A DNA stretch of 64,000 bases from Bacteroidota bacterium (GCA_016776505.1 JADHTG010000002.1:13852-77851), one strand, 5' to 3'. Positions 1 through 10,550 are shown, numbered from the stretch's first letter. Made by a program: numbers and translations. Notes: a model not told the origin generated them from the letters alone.

Positions 1-1313
1 CAGTACATATGACCTAATTGGTATCTGAAGAAGAATCTCAAATTATTACTAAAAGTAGGTTTTTTCTGTCCTTTTCGCATCCCCGACCATATTTTATAAC
101 CATCTACCCGGTCAGCCCGAGTGTCACTCATTCGTGGAAAAAGGGTAAAATGATCTTTTTGGAACTTTGGTTTTTGCTTGGCAGTTGTTGCTACATATTT
201 GCCATCCTTTTGTATATATTGCATCCGTCCCTTCTTAAATCCCTCTACTTCTGCTGAATAATGAGGACCATAAAACAAAGGCCGGTCGCCATATTGCTCA
301 CGGTTGATGTAGGAGATCATATTAAAAATATTATCCGGATTGCTGTAATCGATCGGAGTATCTGCCAATGAGCGGATAGCAACCATTGTATAGGATGAAT
401 AGCCGATAAAAAGGACTACTATCCCTACAAAAATGGTATTCAATATCACCCGATTTTTCTGTATGGAGTAATATATGCCGTAAGCCAGTCCGAATAAAAA
501 CAGGGCAACAAAAATGATGACACCTGACCAATAGGGCATACCGAAAACATTTACAAATAGCAATTCAAACTTGGATGCAATATTCGGGAACCATTTTATC
601 AATCCTACATTTATAAATTGCAAAATAATCATAGCTACGACAAAGGCGATGACCAATCCTCTATTGGTTATTTTATCGTACTTTCTGAAATAGTACACAA
701 AAGCAAGAACCGGTAAAGCCAGGAGGGAAAGCAAGTGAATTCCAATGGAAATACCCATGAGGAAAAACACCACAATTAGCCACCTGAGATTATTGGGTTC
801 GTCAGCCCGCCTGTCCCATTTTAGCAATAACCAAAATACAATGGCAGTAAAAGTTGATGAGAGGGCATATACCTCCCCTTCAACAGCTGAAAACCAAAAA
901 GTATCTGAAAAGGTGAAAGCCAGGGCCCCGACTATACCAGCTCCGAAAATTCCAATGGTTTCAAATAATGAATATTTGCTTCTGTCCTTTGCAAAAATTT
1001 TCCTGGATAATAAAGTACTGGTCCAGAATAAAAGTAAAATGGTAAAAGCACTTGCAATGGCAGAGGCCCCGTTCACAATTACGGCAACCATGTCTGGACG
1101 TGGTGCAAACATGGTAAATAAGTGATTGAACATCAGGAAAAATGGAGCTCCTGGTGGGTGAACAACTTCCAGCTTATATGATCCGGCAATAAACTCCCCA
1201 CAATCCCAAATGCTTACTGTAGGTTCAATTGTAGATAAATACACAAAGCTCGCAATGATAAACAGCAGCCAACCCAGTATATTATTTAACAGTCCAAATT
1301 GTTTTTGATTCAT
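1..1313 (-). CDS. DUF2723-domain polytopic membrane protein (putative glycosyltransferase); N-terminal part, gene continues past window start
   Basis: Manual reverse-strand translation from ATG at 1313 gives MNQKQFGLLNNILGWLLFIIASFVYLSTIEPTVSIWDCGEFIAGSYKLEVVHPPGAPFFLMFNHLFTMFAPRPDMVAV and further down LIVVFFLMGISIGIHLLSLLALP, the hallmark N-terminus of DUF2723 proteins. The frame was spot-checked open at 721-780 and 1081-1313 only, so extension to position 1 is presumed. That would explain its absence from the complete-ORF track. Confidence 0.75.
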   Translation of the reverse strand, partial: MNQKQFGLLNNILGWLLFIIASFVYLSTIEPTVSIWDCGEFIAGSYKLEVVHPPGAPFFLMFNHLFTMFAPRPDMVAVIVNGASAIASAFTILLLFWTSTLLSRKIFAKDRSKYSLFETIGIFGAGIVGALAFTFSDTFWFSAVEGEVYALSSTFTAIVFWLLLKWDRRADEPNNLRWLIVVFFLMGISIGIHLLSLLALPVLAFVYYFRKYDKITNRGLVIAFVVAMIILQFINVGLIKWFPNIASKFELLFVNVFGMPYWSGVIIFVALFLFGLAYGIYYSIQKNRVILNTIFVGIVVLFIGYSSYTMVAIRSLADTPIDYSNPDNIFNMISYINREQYGDRPLFYGPHYSAEVEGFKKGRMQYIQKDGKYVATTAKQKPKFQKDHFTLFPRMSDTRADRVDGYKIWSGMRKGQKKPTFSNNLRFFFRYQLGHMY

Positions 1314-1430
1314 GCTTATAAATTATAGATTATCTTCAAAAGCAAAGTTAATGTTTTCGGTCTAAAGGAAATTATGGGATATTATAAAATAATTAGGGTC
1401 CATTAAGCTCACCTATGGATTGACATAAAC

Positions 1431-1467
1431 TAAAAAAGCTGATCACTTATTATCATGTAATCAGCTT
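1431..1467 (-). terminator. rho-independent terminator downstream of rplI (minus strand)
   Basis: Inverted repeat AAAGCTGAT...ATCAGCTTT followed on the minus strand by a T-run, immediately after the rplI stop. Confidence 0.5.
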
Positions 1468-1487
1468 TCATATGAATTAAACTATGT

Positions 1488-1940
1488 TTAGTCTTCTTTT
1501 TCAGCGAATATGTCCAGCTTCATTTCAACCTGAACCTCTTTGTGAAGTTTTATTTTTATCTTGTATTTGCCTATTTCAGTGATTTCTTCAAGGATCAAAA
1601 TATCTTTTCTGTCAATATCATAACCCATCTCTTTCAAGGATTTTGAAATCTGAAGATTTGTAATTGAACCAAATAATTTACCGCTGGTACCTACCTTCAC
1701 AGGAATTTTGACTGCTGATTTGGCCAGCTTAGCTGCTATCGCTTCTGCATCAGCTATCTGCTTCGCTATTTTATGAGCAGCCTGCTTATTGTTTTCTTCA
1801 ACCACTTTTTTATTGGATTCTGTGGCAAGAATAGCCATTTTTTTGGGGATCAGATAATTACGCGCATAACCTGGCTTGACAGAAATGATATCGCCGGCAT
1901 ATCCCAAATTATCTACATCTTGTTTTAATATAACTTCCAT
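1488..1940 (-). CDS. rplI: 50S ribosomal protein L9
   Basis: 150 aa; the N-terminus MEVILKQDVDNLGYAGDIISVKPGYARNYLIPK matches the L9 signature; last gene of the rpsF-rpsR-rplI cluster. Confidence 0.93.
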   Translation of the reverse strand: MEVILKQDVDNLGYAGDIISVKPGYARNYLIPKKMAILATESNKKVVEENNKQAAHKIAKQIADAEAIAAKLAKSAVKIPVKVGTSGKLFGSITNLQISKSLKEMGYDIDRKDILILEEITEIGKYKIKIKLHKEVQVEMKLDIFAEKED

Positions 1941-1947
1941 GATATCA

Positions 1948-2220
1948 TTATTTTAAAGAATCTGAAACAAATGGCAGAAGAGCTAAGTGTCTTGCCTTTT
2001 TTATGGATGAAGCCAATCTTCTTTGATATTTCAATGAAGTTCCGGTATAGCGCCTTGGAATAATGCGCCCGTGCTCGTCAACAAATTTCAATAAAAAAGC
2101 AGGATCCTTGTAATCGATGTATTTAATATTGTGTCGTTTGAACCAACAATATTTCTTTTTCCTTGGCCTTTCTTTAGGCGTAATATTTATAAATATGTTT
2201 TTATATGCTGGGTTTGCCAT
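1948..2220 (-). CDS. rpsR: 30S ribosomal protein S18
   Basis: 90 aa; [50 protein letters not shown] is the conserved S18 core. Confidence 0.93.
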   Translation of the reverse strand: MANPAYKNIFINITPKERPRKKKYCWFKRHNIKYIDYKDPAFLLKFVDEHGRIIPRRYTGTSLKYQRRLASSIKKARHLALLPFVSDSLK

Positions 2221-2228
2221 TTTCTGAA

Positions 2229-2612
2229 TTATTTAGATTTAGTTAAATCGCTATTTTCTTCTATTAGCTTTGGAGCTACGTTTTTTCCTTCTTTTCTTCT
2301 CTTTTCATTGTACATGATCCCGTATTTCTCTAATGAAACGGTCAGATACCTCAGAATTTTTTCATCCCTGTTGAATTCAGTTTCCAGTTTTTGAATGAAT
2401 TCTGAAGGAGCTTTGTACTCAAATAAGTGATAATATCCTGTTGTTTTCTTTTTAATCGGATAGGAAAATTTTCTCAGGCCCCAATCTTCTTCATAAATAA
2501 CTTCTGCACCGTTCTGGGTCATCAAATCCTTGAATCGGGCTACTGATTCTTTTAATTGGCTATCAGTAACCAACGGCGATGTAATAAAAATTGTCTCGTA
2601 ATGATTCTGCAT
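2229..2612 (-). CDS. rpsF: 30S ribosomal protein S6
   Basis: 127 aa; HYETIFI...[14 protein letters not shown] is the S6 signature; first gene of the rpsF-rpsR-rplI operon. Confidence 0.9.
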   Translation of the reverse strand: MQNHYETIFITSPLVTDSQLKESVARFKDLMTQNGAEVIYEEDWGLRKFSYPIKKKTTGYYHLFEYKAPSEFIQKLETEFNRDEKILRYLTVSLEKYGIMYNEKRRKEGKNVAPKLIEENSDLTKSK

Positions 2613-2978
2613 TCTTTTTATTTAAATCAATATTTTAATGAGTGTGCAAAGGTAGAAAAGAATTTAGTGTTTTCAAATAGTATTATCAGATTATTTACAA
2701 TCATCCTATTGACTTTCAATTCATCTGGGATTATTTCATTTTCCTATTAATAATGAATTTAAATCATCTGTTTTCTTTATAAAAAAAAAGCCATTCCTTA
2801 TCCTTTCATTTTTTTAACAGCAAAATACAGGAATTTAATTAATCGGCCTTCATTTATTTTTTTTCTGCCTGTTATTTCGCTTGAATAAAAACTAGAATTA
2901 TTCACAATACGAATTTTATACGATGAGTTTTTTACCTTTGTGTTTCGCAATAATAAAACTTAAATTCAAGGAATCAGG

Positions 2979-4706
2979 ATGACAGAAAGTTTCGTAGTTT
3001 CAGCAAGAAAATACCGTCCCTCTACTTTCAATTCTGTGGTCGGTCAAAGCCATATTACCGATACGTTGAAAAAAGCTGTACTGAGTAATCATTTGGCCCA
3101 GGCCTATTTGTTCACCGGTCCCCGTGGAGTTGGCAAAACGACTTGTGCCAGGATTCTTGCGAAAGCCATTAATTGCGAGAAACTGGAAAAGGACGGTGAA
3201 CCATGTGATGCCTGTAATTCATGTAAAACATTCAGGGAAAACAGATCCATGAATATTTTTGAACTGGATGCTGCATCCAATAATTCAGTTGAAGATATTC
3301 GGGCCCTGGTGGATCAGATCAGGTTTTCACCACAGGCCGGAAAATATAAAACCTACATCATCGATGAGGTTCATATGCTTTCCACACAGGCCTTTAATGC
3401 CTTTCTTAAAACATTGGAAGAACCCCCTCCATATGCTATTTTTATACTGGCTACTACTGAAAAGCATAAAATCATTCCTACCATACTCTCACGATGCCAG
3501 ATCAATGATTTCAATCGCATCCAGGTGAAAGATATTGTCAGCTACCTGCAATATATTTCTGAACAGGAAAATATCAGATCGGAAGAAACTGCGCTTCACA
3601 TCATTGCTCAAAAAGCAGATGGGGCCTTGCGTGATGCATTGACTATTTTTGACCGTATTGTAGGTTTTACACAGGATGAAGTAACTTATGATTTTGTAGT
3701 CAAAAACCTGAATATCATAGATTATGACTACTTCTTTAAAGCCATTGAATTGATCCATGACAGGAATATTGCAGAAATACTGCTAGTATTTGATGAATTA
3801 CTGAATAAAGGTTTTGACGGTCAACATTTTTTAATGGGATTAAGCGAACATATCAGGAATCTATTAATCAGCAAATTACCAAAAACAGATATTTTACTGG
3901 ATGTACCTGAAACAGTAAAAAACAGATTCGCAGAAACTGCTAAGGACCTGAACAAATCTTTCATCCTTTCAGCATTAAACATTCTTAATCAGTTCAATAT
4001 AAGTTATAAAGAAAGTAAAAATCAGCGCCTGCATACGGAACTGGCACTGATCAAGCTTTGTCATATACAGGATGCCATTGACCTGGCTCAGACCTTTAAC
4101 GATCAAAAAAAAAAAGCTGAAGTAGACAAAAAGGAAACGACAAAACCCGGGCTTTCTAAGGACATTGAACACAAGGAAAAAAAAGCGATTGATGAATCCC
4201 CCAAGAAAAAAAATAACTTCAGTAAGTTTAGAGATTTACAATCTGTCAAGCAACAAGTTAAAGAGGAGGAATCACAAGAAAAAAAAGTACTAACAGAAAC
4301 TAGCCAGGAAACTGCAGAAAAAAATAAAAAGAACACAATAGATCAGCGTCGATTTATTGAATTGCTCAATAAATATCTTGAAGATGAGATAAAGGACAAA
4401 ATGATCAGCTTGTATAACAGCATGATAGAAAATAAACCAAAATTCCCTGATGAATTTTCTGTTTTATTCGAATTTGAAAACGCCTCACTGGAAGAACGAT
4501 TCAATAAAGGCATGGGAAAGTTTACTGATTTTATGAATAAGCATGAGATAGAGAATTTCCAAATTCAAACCACGACTCGTGAAATCAGCAGGGAAGAACA
4601 AAGTAAATACCTGGTCAGTCCTGCTGAAAAATTAAAACATTTGAGGGGAAAAAATCCGGAACTGGAGCAGCTGGAGAAGAAGTTGGGATTGTCTGCTGAA
4701 GAATAA
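2979..4706 (+). CDS. dnaX: DNA polymerase III subunit gamma/tau
   Basis: 575 aa; Walker A GPRGVGKTT, clamp-loader box motifs, and a lysine/glutamate-rich C-terminal tau extension. Contains an internal A11 tract (see findings). Confidence 0.93.
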   Translation: MTESFVVSARKYRPSTFNSVVGQSHITDTLKKAVLSNHLAQAYLFTGPRGVGKTTCARILAKAINCEKLEKDGEPCDACNSCKTFRENRSMNIFELDAASNNSVEDIRALVDQIRFSPQAGKYKTYIIDEVHMLSTQAFNAFLKTLEEPPPYAIFILATTEKHKIIPTILSRCQINDFNRIQVKDIVSYLQYISEQENIRSEETALHIIAQKADGALRDALTIFDRIVGFTQDEVTYDFVVKNLNIIDYDYFFKAIELIHDRNIAEILLVFDELLNKGFDGQHFLMGLSEHIRNLLISKLPKTDILLDVPETVKNRFAETAKDLNKSFILSALNILNQFNISYKESKNQRLHTELALIKLCHIQDAIDLAQTFNDQKKKAEVDKKETTKPGLSKDIEHKEKKAIDESPKKKNNFSKFRDLQSVKQQVKEEESQEKKVLTETSQETAEKNKKNTIDQRRFIELLNKYLEDEIKDKMISLYNSMIENKPKFPDEFSVLFEFENASLEERFNKGMGKFTDFMNKHEIENFQIQTTTREISREEQSKYLVSPAEKLKHLRGKNPELEQLEKKLGLSAEE

Positions 4707-4842
4707 TTTATCACCCTAAAATCGACTCTTAGAATTTCATTTTTTTAAGTTTTAAATTGAAATTAATTATCATAATTTAATTCTATATTTGCAGCTATTG
4801 ACAAAACCTTAATATATAATTATATAAAACATATACAACAAA

Positions 4843-6210
4843 ATGAGCGGACAAAAAATTAGAATGCAAAATGGAAAATTAAATGTTCCAGATCAACCCA
4901 TTATTCCATTTATAATTGGCGATGGCACAGGACCGGATATTTGGAAAGCTTCAAAGAAAGTTTTTGATGCCGCAGTCCAAAAAGCTTACAATGGGAAACG
5001 ACAAATTGAATGGCATGAAGTTCTGGCCGGTGAGAACTCTTTCAACAAAAGCGGTGAATGGCTTCCAAAAGAAACGCTGGATGCATTTAAAGAATACTTA
5101 GTTGGAATTAAAGGTCCATTAACAACTCCAATAGGCGGAGGTATTCGCTCCTTAAATGTTGCATTAAGACAGGAACTTGATCTATATACCTGTCTCAGAC
5201 CGGTAAAATATGTTGCTGGTGTTCCATCGCCTGTTAAAAGACCTGAAGATGTGGATATGGTGATATTCAGGGAAAACACAGAAGATATTTATGCCGGTAT
5301 TGAATGGAAGGAAGGATCGGATGAAGTGAAAAAAGTCATTGCTTTTCTTGAAAATGAAATGGGTATTAAAAAAATCAGGTTTCCTAAAACTTCTGGAATT
5401 GGAATCAAGCCGATTTCCAAAGAAGGAACGACACGACTGGTTAGGGCAGCAATAAAATATGCTTTGGAAGAAAAAAGGAAATCAGTTGTCCTGGTTCATA
5501 AAGGCAATATCATGAAATTCACTGAAGGAGCTTTCAAAAGTTGGGGATATGAGCTGGCGAAAGAAGAATTCAGAAATGAAATTATTACAGAAAGAGAAAG
5601 CTGGATTATTGGGAACAAAGATTCAAATCCTGCCCTGACATCAGAAGATAACGCCAAAATGATAGACCCGGGTTATGTGATGATGACGCCCAAACAACAA
5701 AATGAGATTTGTGAAGAAGTTGAATTAGCCTTATCATTGATGCCAACACATGGGAGCGGACAATGGAAAAACAAACTTTTAATCCGCGATACCATTGCTG
5801 ATATTACCCTGCAGCAAGTCCTTTCCAGGGCTAAAGAATTTGATGTAATTGCTACCATGAACCTGAATGGGGATTATTTGTCTGATGCACTAGCTGCCCA
5901 GGTGGGTGGAATCGGGATCGCTCCCGGTGCAAATATCAATTACGAAACCGGACATGCTATTTTCGAAGCTACACACGGAACAGCTCCGAAATATGCCAAT
6001 CTCGATAAAGTCAACCCGGGAAGTGTGATCATCTCAGGTGGCATGATGTTCAAATTTTTAGGTTGGAATGAAGTCAATGAACTGATTTGGAATGGACTGG
6101 TTAAAACAATAGGTCAGAAAAAAGTGACTTATGATTTTCACCGCTTAATGGAAGGAGCTACATTGCTCAAATGTTCTGAATTTGCAGATGCCATAATCGA
6201 GAATATGTAA
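4843..6210 (+). CDS. icd: NADP-dependent isocitrate dehydrogenase
   Basis: 455 aa; near-collinear with E. coli Icd ([71 protein letters not shown]). Confidence 0.95.
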   Translation: MSGQKIRMQNGKLNVPDQPIIPFIIGDGTGPDIWKASKKVFDAAVQKAYNGKRQIEWHEVLAGENSFNKSGEWLPKETLDAFKEYLVGIKGPLTTPIGGGIRSLNVALRQELDLYTCLRPVKYVAGVPSPVKRPEDVDMVIFRENTEDIYAGIEWKEGSDEVKKVIAFLENEMGIKKIRFPKTSGIGIKPISKEGTTRLVRAAIKYALEEKRKSVVLVHKGNIMKFTEGAFKSWGYELAKEEFRNEIITERESWIIGNKDSNPALTSEDNAKMIDPGYVMMTPKQQNEICEEVELALSLMPTHGSGQWKNKLLIRDTIADITLQQVLSRAKEFDVIATMNLNGDYLSDALAAQVGGIGIAPGANINYETGHAIFEATHGTAPKYANLDKVNPGSVIISGGMMFKFLGWNEVNELIWNGLVKTIGQKKVTYDFHRLMEGATLLKCSEFADAIIENM

Positions 6211-6235
6211 GAGTTGGAAATGATAAAGATTAGCC

Positions 6236-6266
6236 CTGATCATGCATTTGGTTGGGGCTTTTTTTT
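6236..6266 (+). terminator. putative rho-independent terminator after icd
   Basis: AGCCC...GGGCT stem followed by T9. Confidence 0.45.
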
Positions 6267-6707
6267 TGGGAGCAAGGTGGTGCCCTGGGCATCCCTTCGG
6301 GAAAGGTTTAAAGATTGAAGGTTGAAAAGTTGAAGGTTAGGATGCTGGCTGATGACTGCCGACTGCAAATGGCAAACCAGGGTTTCTTCTTACTGAGTAA
6401 GCAGAAGAGGTTTCGGTATATGAAAGTCTGGAGACTTTCCTTTATAAAAACTTCCAAGTCGTCCTGTGGAAGACTTGGAAGAACAAGGGTAATTCTATTA
6501 TTAGTTATTCAATTTTTCCATTATTCGAAATAGGTTGTGGGATGTTGGATTTGGATTTTGAGTTGTGGATCTTGGGTTTTGTTATGTCCATGCCTAAATA
6601 AGGTTGACCAAATTTTTAATATAATTATTAATTCTTGGACCAGGAAGCTTTTTGGCACGATATTAGACAAGCCACTTGCTTTGAATACAATTTAATTAAA
6701 TATAGTT

Positions 6708-6797
6708 ATGACCGCATTAATCATTTTAGTAACAACAATCTCTACAGTAATTGGAAGCCTGACTTACACATATTTTAAATCTCGTAAACAGGCATAA
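6708..6797 (+). CDS. small hydrophobic peptide, 29 aa (MTALIILVTTISTVIGSLTYTYFKSRKQA); single predicted TM helix with a basic C-terminus
   Basis: ATG in an A/T-rich context, one transmembrane-like segment plus a KSRKQA tail, followed 25 nt later by a very strong terminator. Below the ORF-track size cut-off. Confidence 0.35.
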   Translation: MTALIILVTTISTVIGSLTYTYFKSRKQA

Positions 6798-6823
6798 TCA
6801 TAATTTGAAGTACAGAAATAGAG

Positions 6824-6857
6824 GGCAAAGTTGAATTTCAGCTTTGCCTTTTTTTAT
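6824..6857 (+). terminator. strong rho-independent terminator
   Basis: 11-bp stem GGCAAAGTTGA/TCAGCTTTGCC with a 3-nt loop, followed by T7. Confidence 0.7.
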
Positions 6858-7073
6858 GAGATGAAAACAAGACCTTATCATCCAGATTTGATAAAATAGT
6901 AGATTTTTTTACATGATAAACTTGCTATACAAACTCATTATTAAATTACCAAATGGATCATTCCAACCTTCTATTTGTTCATTTCAATATTCAATTTAGC
7001 CATTTCATCGTTTTTCTATTTAAATCCTCATGCCCACTCCTCATCTTTGTTCGTGAATTTAAAAAATCAAATC

Positions 7074-9446
7074 ATGAAACAGGTTACAATTATCGTTATT
7101 TACCTTCTCTCAGCTTTTATAGCCAAATCACAGGATGATTTTAAACAAAACATCAGGGGAACAGTTTTCGACAAACAAACAAAGTATCCACTAACCGGAG
7201 CTACTGTAATTATTCAAGATTCTGATCCCTTAATCGGTACAATTACTGATCTGCATGGGCAGTTTGTTTTATCGAATATAGCATCCGGTAGAATTTCTTT
7301 AGAAATAAGTTATATGGGTTATAGCCCAGCTTCCCTGAACAAGCTGATGCTTTCTTCCGGAAAAGAGCTGGTGGTTGAAATCGGATTGGAGGAAAATGTG
7401 TATACGACTGAAGAGGCTGTAATTACAGCAGAAATTAAAAAGGATGAAGCATTGAACAAAATGGCCACAGTGAGTGCCCGTTCCTTTTCGATTGAAGAAA
7501 CCAATAAATATGCAGGAAGCCTGGGAGACCCGGCCCGTATGGCTGCAAACTTTGCTGGTGTGCTTACAGCTAATGATTCTCGAAATGACATCATCATCAG
7601 GGGCAATTCTCCCCTGGGTGTATTATGGCGACTGGATGGTGTTGAAATCCCCAATCCCAATCATTTTGGAGCCATGGGAACCACTGGTGGACCTGTCAGC
7701 ATGCTGAATAATAATTTACTCACAAATTCAGATTTTATGACGGCTGCTTTTCCTTCCGAATTCGGAAATGCTACAGCCGGAGTTTTCGACCTGAAATTGA
7801 GATCTGGAAATAACCAGCAACGTGAATATACCCTGCAAATGGGTTTCAACGGATTTGAACTAGGTGCTGAAGGACCCTTTTCAAAAAACAAACAAGCTTC
7901 ATTTTTAGCCAACTATCGTTATTCCATGCCTGCTATTTTTGATAAAATCGGATTTTCAGGAACTGCACAGGGTAGCTCAGTACCTTATTACCAGGATTTG
8001 TCTTTTAAAATTGATATTCCGGGAATGAAATACGGTCGTTTTGAATTGTTTGGATTAGCAGGATTTAGCACCATAAAGATCTATGATACTGAAAAAGACA
8101 GCAGTGAGTTTTCTTATGGACTCAATGGAACCAATACTGATTTTGGATCACAAATGGGTGTTATTGCGCTTACACATAATTACTTTTTTAATAAAAAAAC
8201 ACATCTGTTCAGCACTTTATCAGCAACCCATTCCCGAAGTTATACCTATATCGATTCAATCACTAAGTCAGTTACAGATTCTATTTATCCCTGGTTACGC
8301 ACTGACTTTGCAGAAATGAAATACTCTGCAAGCTCCCGAATCAGCCATAAATCCAACGCAAAGAATTATTTCGTGGGCGGACTGAATATAGATTTTTATT
8401 TACCTAATTACCATGATAGTGTCTGGATTTTTGAAGAAAATAAATTCAGGAAATTGATGGATACGAAAGGGAAGCTATATATGGGTCGTGCTTACGTTCA
8501 ATGGCAGCATAAGTTTTCAGATCAATTCAGTTTCAATAGTGGAGCGCATTTTTCCTTTGTTGGATTAAACAATGAATTCGCAATAGAACCGAGGGGTGGA
8601 CTTAAATGGAAATATCACCCAAATCAATCTTTGAGTTTTGGAGCTGGTTTACATAGTCAAACTCAACCCAGAATCAATTATTTTACTATTCAAGAACAAC
8701 CGGATGGAGAATTTGTTTATACCAACAAAAACTTAAAAATGTCAAAAAGTGCACATTTCGTTTTGGGTCATGACATTTCACTAAAAGGATATTTCAGGCT
8801 TAAGACCGAAGTGTATTACCAACATCTGTATAACATACCCGTTTCTTCTGAATACACTTCATTTTCTATGCTAAATGAAGGGGCTTATTTTGCCATCTCC
8901 ATGATTGACAGTTTAGAGAACAAAGGAACTGGAATAAATTATGGTGCGGAAATAACGCTGGAGAAATTTTTATCAAATGGTTATTACTTCTTAGTCACTG
9001 CCTCTTTGTTTGAATCCAATTACACTGCTTTTGATGGAAAAGTAAGGAATACGGCATTCAACGGGAATTATGTGTTAAACGCTTTATGCGGATATGAATT
9101 TAAACTGGGATCACATGCTTACCTCTCATTTGATTTGAAAACAGTTTGGGGTGGAGGAAAACGATATACTCCAATCAATGTGAATGAATCCATGTTAAAA
9201 GGAACAACAGTCTACTATGAAGATCAGATCAATGCAAAGAAACATGATGATTATTTTAAAATTGATGCCCGAATCAGTTTTAGGAAAAACGGCAAGAAAG
9301 TGAACCAGGAATGGGCACTGGATATCAAAAACATAAGCAACCACAGAAATATTTTCATTCAAAGTTTTGATACGTATGAAGGACAAATCCATACAGACTA
9401 TCAGGAAGGATTTTATCCTATGTTTTTGTACCGCTTAAACTTCTAA
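7074..9446 (+). CDS. TonB-dependent receptor-like outer-membrane beta-barrel protein (carboxypeptidase-regulatory-like N-domain plus plug and barrel)
   Basis: Signal peptide MKQVTIIVIYLLSAFIAKSQ at 7074; the N-domain RGTVFDKQTKYPLTGATVII; a C-terminal aromatic beta-barrel ending in F. The ORF-track start at 6975 is rejected because it lacks a signal peptide. Confidence 0.75.
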   Translation: MKQVTIIVIYLLSAFIAKSQDDFKQNIRGTVFDKQTKYPLTGATVIIQDSDPLIGTITDLHGQFVLSNIASGRISLEISYMGYSPASLNKLMLSSGKELVVEIGLEENVYTTEEAVITAEIKKDEALNKMATVSARSFSIEETNKYAGSLGDPARMAANFAGVLTANDSRNDIIIRGNSPLGVLWRLDGVEIPNPNHFGAMGTTGGPVSMLNNNLLTNSDFMTAAFPSEFGNATAGVFDLKLRSGNNQQREYTLQMGFNGFELGAEGPFSKNKQASFLANYRYSMPAIFDKIGFSGTAQGSSVPYYQDLSFKIDIPGMKYGRFELFGLAGFSTIKIYDTEKDSSEFSYGLNGTNTDFGSQMGVIALTHNYFFNKKTHLFSTLSATHSRSYTYIDSITKSVTDSIYPWLRTDFAEMKYSASSRISHKSNAKNYFVGGLNIDFYLPNYHDSVWIFEENKFRKLMDTKGKLYMGRAYVQWQHKFSDQFSFNSGAHFSFVGLNNEFAIEPRGGLKWKYHPNQSLSFGAGLHSQTQPRINYFTIQEQPDGEFVYTNKNLKMSKSAHFVLGHDISLKGYFRLKTEVYYQHLYNIPVSSEYTSFSMLNEGAYFAISMIDSLENKGTGINYGAEITLEKFLSNGYYFLVTASLFESNYTAFDGKVRNTAFNGNYVLNALCGYEFKLGSHAYLSFDLKTVWGGGKRYTPINVNESMLKGTTVYYEDQINAKKHDDYFKIDARISFRKNGKKVNQEWALDIKNISNHRNIFIQSFDTYEGQIHTDYQEGFYPMFLYRLNF

Positions 9447-9524
9447 TGAATGAAGCAATGAATGAAAAGCAGGATGATCTATTTTTTTTAGATTTGCAAT
9501 ATTAATTAGATAAATAATACAGAC

Positions 9525-10550
9525 ATGAATCTTATCAGTTTCCTCAAGAAGCGACCTGTTATTTACTTAATTCCTGCAGTAGGTATCATTCTTGGGTTGA
9601 TCTTCCTGATTGCAAATCCAGATTCTCCTGGCCAGCCAGAAAACCAATATAATATACTTGGTTCTATAGTCCTCACAGCAGCCATCTGGCTTGGTACTGA
9701 ACAAATTGTCAGGTTATTATGGATCAGATTTCCATGGAATAAAGCAGCGCTCAAGCATCTTATTCTTGAAATATTAGCTCTTCTGCTGTACCCCAGTATG
9801 GTCACATTTATCCTTTTTGGTGCTTATACGCTAATTACAGACGATAAGGACTGGATGAGCAACTATTGGAGCACAGCCCTGGTGGCTATCTTGATCACTT
9901 TTTTCATTACATCCATCCACGAAGGGATTTATTTCTATAAACAATGGAAATTTAATTCAATCAAATCTGAGAAGTTACATAAACAAAATCTGGAAGCCCG
10001 CTTTGAAACTTTAAAAACCCAGATTAATCCACATTTTCTGTTCAACAGCCTCAATACCTTGATGAGCTTTATTGAAGATAATCCAAAAGCATCAGCTTAT
10101 CTGAGTAACCTGTCAGATTTTTTAAGATATACACTTAAAACGAATAAGGCAGAGGTCATTCTGCTTCGTGAAGAACTTAAAATTGTAGAACATTATAAAG
10201 TGCTGCAAACATCTCGTTTTCAGGAAGGATTAAACCTGCATATCGATATTGATGAAAAATACTATCATTATTCTGTCGCACAGCTTGCTGTTCAAATGCT
10301 GGTTGAGAACGCCATTAAACACAATGTGATCTCAAAAGAAAAACCTCTTCATGTCAGGATTTACATACAGGATGAATATGTAATTGTTGAAAACAACATA
10401 CAAGCCAGGCAAGCAGATGAATCAACAGGTATAGGATTAAAGAATATCCAGGAGCGTTATCATTTTTTAAGTAATAAAGAAGTGAAAATTTCAGAAAAGG
10501 ATAATAAATTCGAGGTTTGTTTACCTTTATTAATTGTGGATCGGGTATGA
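9525..10550 (+). CDS. LytS/YehU-family sensor histidine kinase (multi-TM sensor plus His_kinase/HATPase)
   Basis: Four or five N-terminal TM helices, the H-box NPHFLFNSLNTLMSFIED, and the N-box ENAIKHN. Confidence 0.85.
   Translation: MNLISFLKKRPVIYLIPAVGIILGLIFLIANPDSPGQPENQYNILGSIVLTAAIWLGTEQIVRLLWIRFPWNKAALKHLILEILALLLYPSMVTFILFGAYTLITDDKDWMSNYWSTALVAILITFFITSIHEGIYFYKQWKFNSIKSEKLHKQNLEARFETLKTQINPHFLFNSLNTLMSFIEDNPKASAYLSNLSDFLRYTLKTNKAEVILLREELKIVEHYKVLQTSRFQEGLNLHIDIDEKYYHYSVAQLAVQMLVENAIKHNVISKEKPLHVRIYIQDEYVIVENNIQARQADESTGIGLKNIQERYHFLSNKEVKISEKDNKFEVCLPLLIVDRV

Noticed and set aside
18-1125. Plus-strand ORFs 18..257, 745..1125 and minus-strand 331..531
   Set aside because: All lie inside, and out of frame with, the long minus-strand DUF2723 gene. 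They have low-complexity or implausible composition and are judged spurious.
2613-2978. Possible SRP RNA (ffs) or another housekeeping ncRNA upstream of dnaX, as seen in Bacillus
   Set aside because: I looked for the domain IV GGAAGGAAGCAGCC-type SRP motif and for RNase P or tmRNA signatures and found none. The region is AT-rich promoter-like sequence.
3259-4336. Internal or antisense ORFs within dnaX (3259..3528 +, 3489..3758 -, 3975..4172 -, 4103..4336 -)
   Set aside because: They overlap a high-confidence gene in other frames or on the opposite strand, with no domain signatures. The F- and S-rich antisense translations are typical artefacts of the Lys/Glu-rich tau linker.
6975-7073. N-terminal 33-aa extension (MFISIFNLAISSFFYLNPHAHSS...) of the receptor ORF
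   Set aside because: The extension lacks signal-peptide character. The internal ATG at 7074 begins a canonical signal peptide (MKQVTIIVIYLLSAFIAKSQ) with an A/T-rich upstream context.
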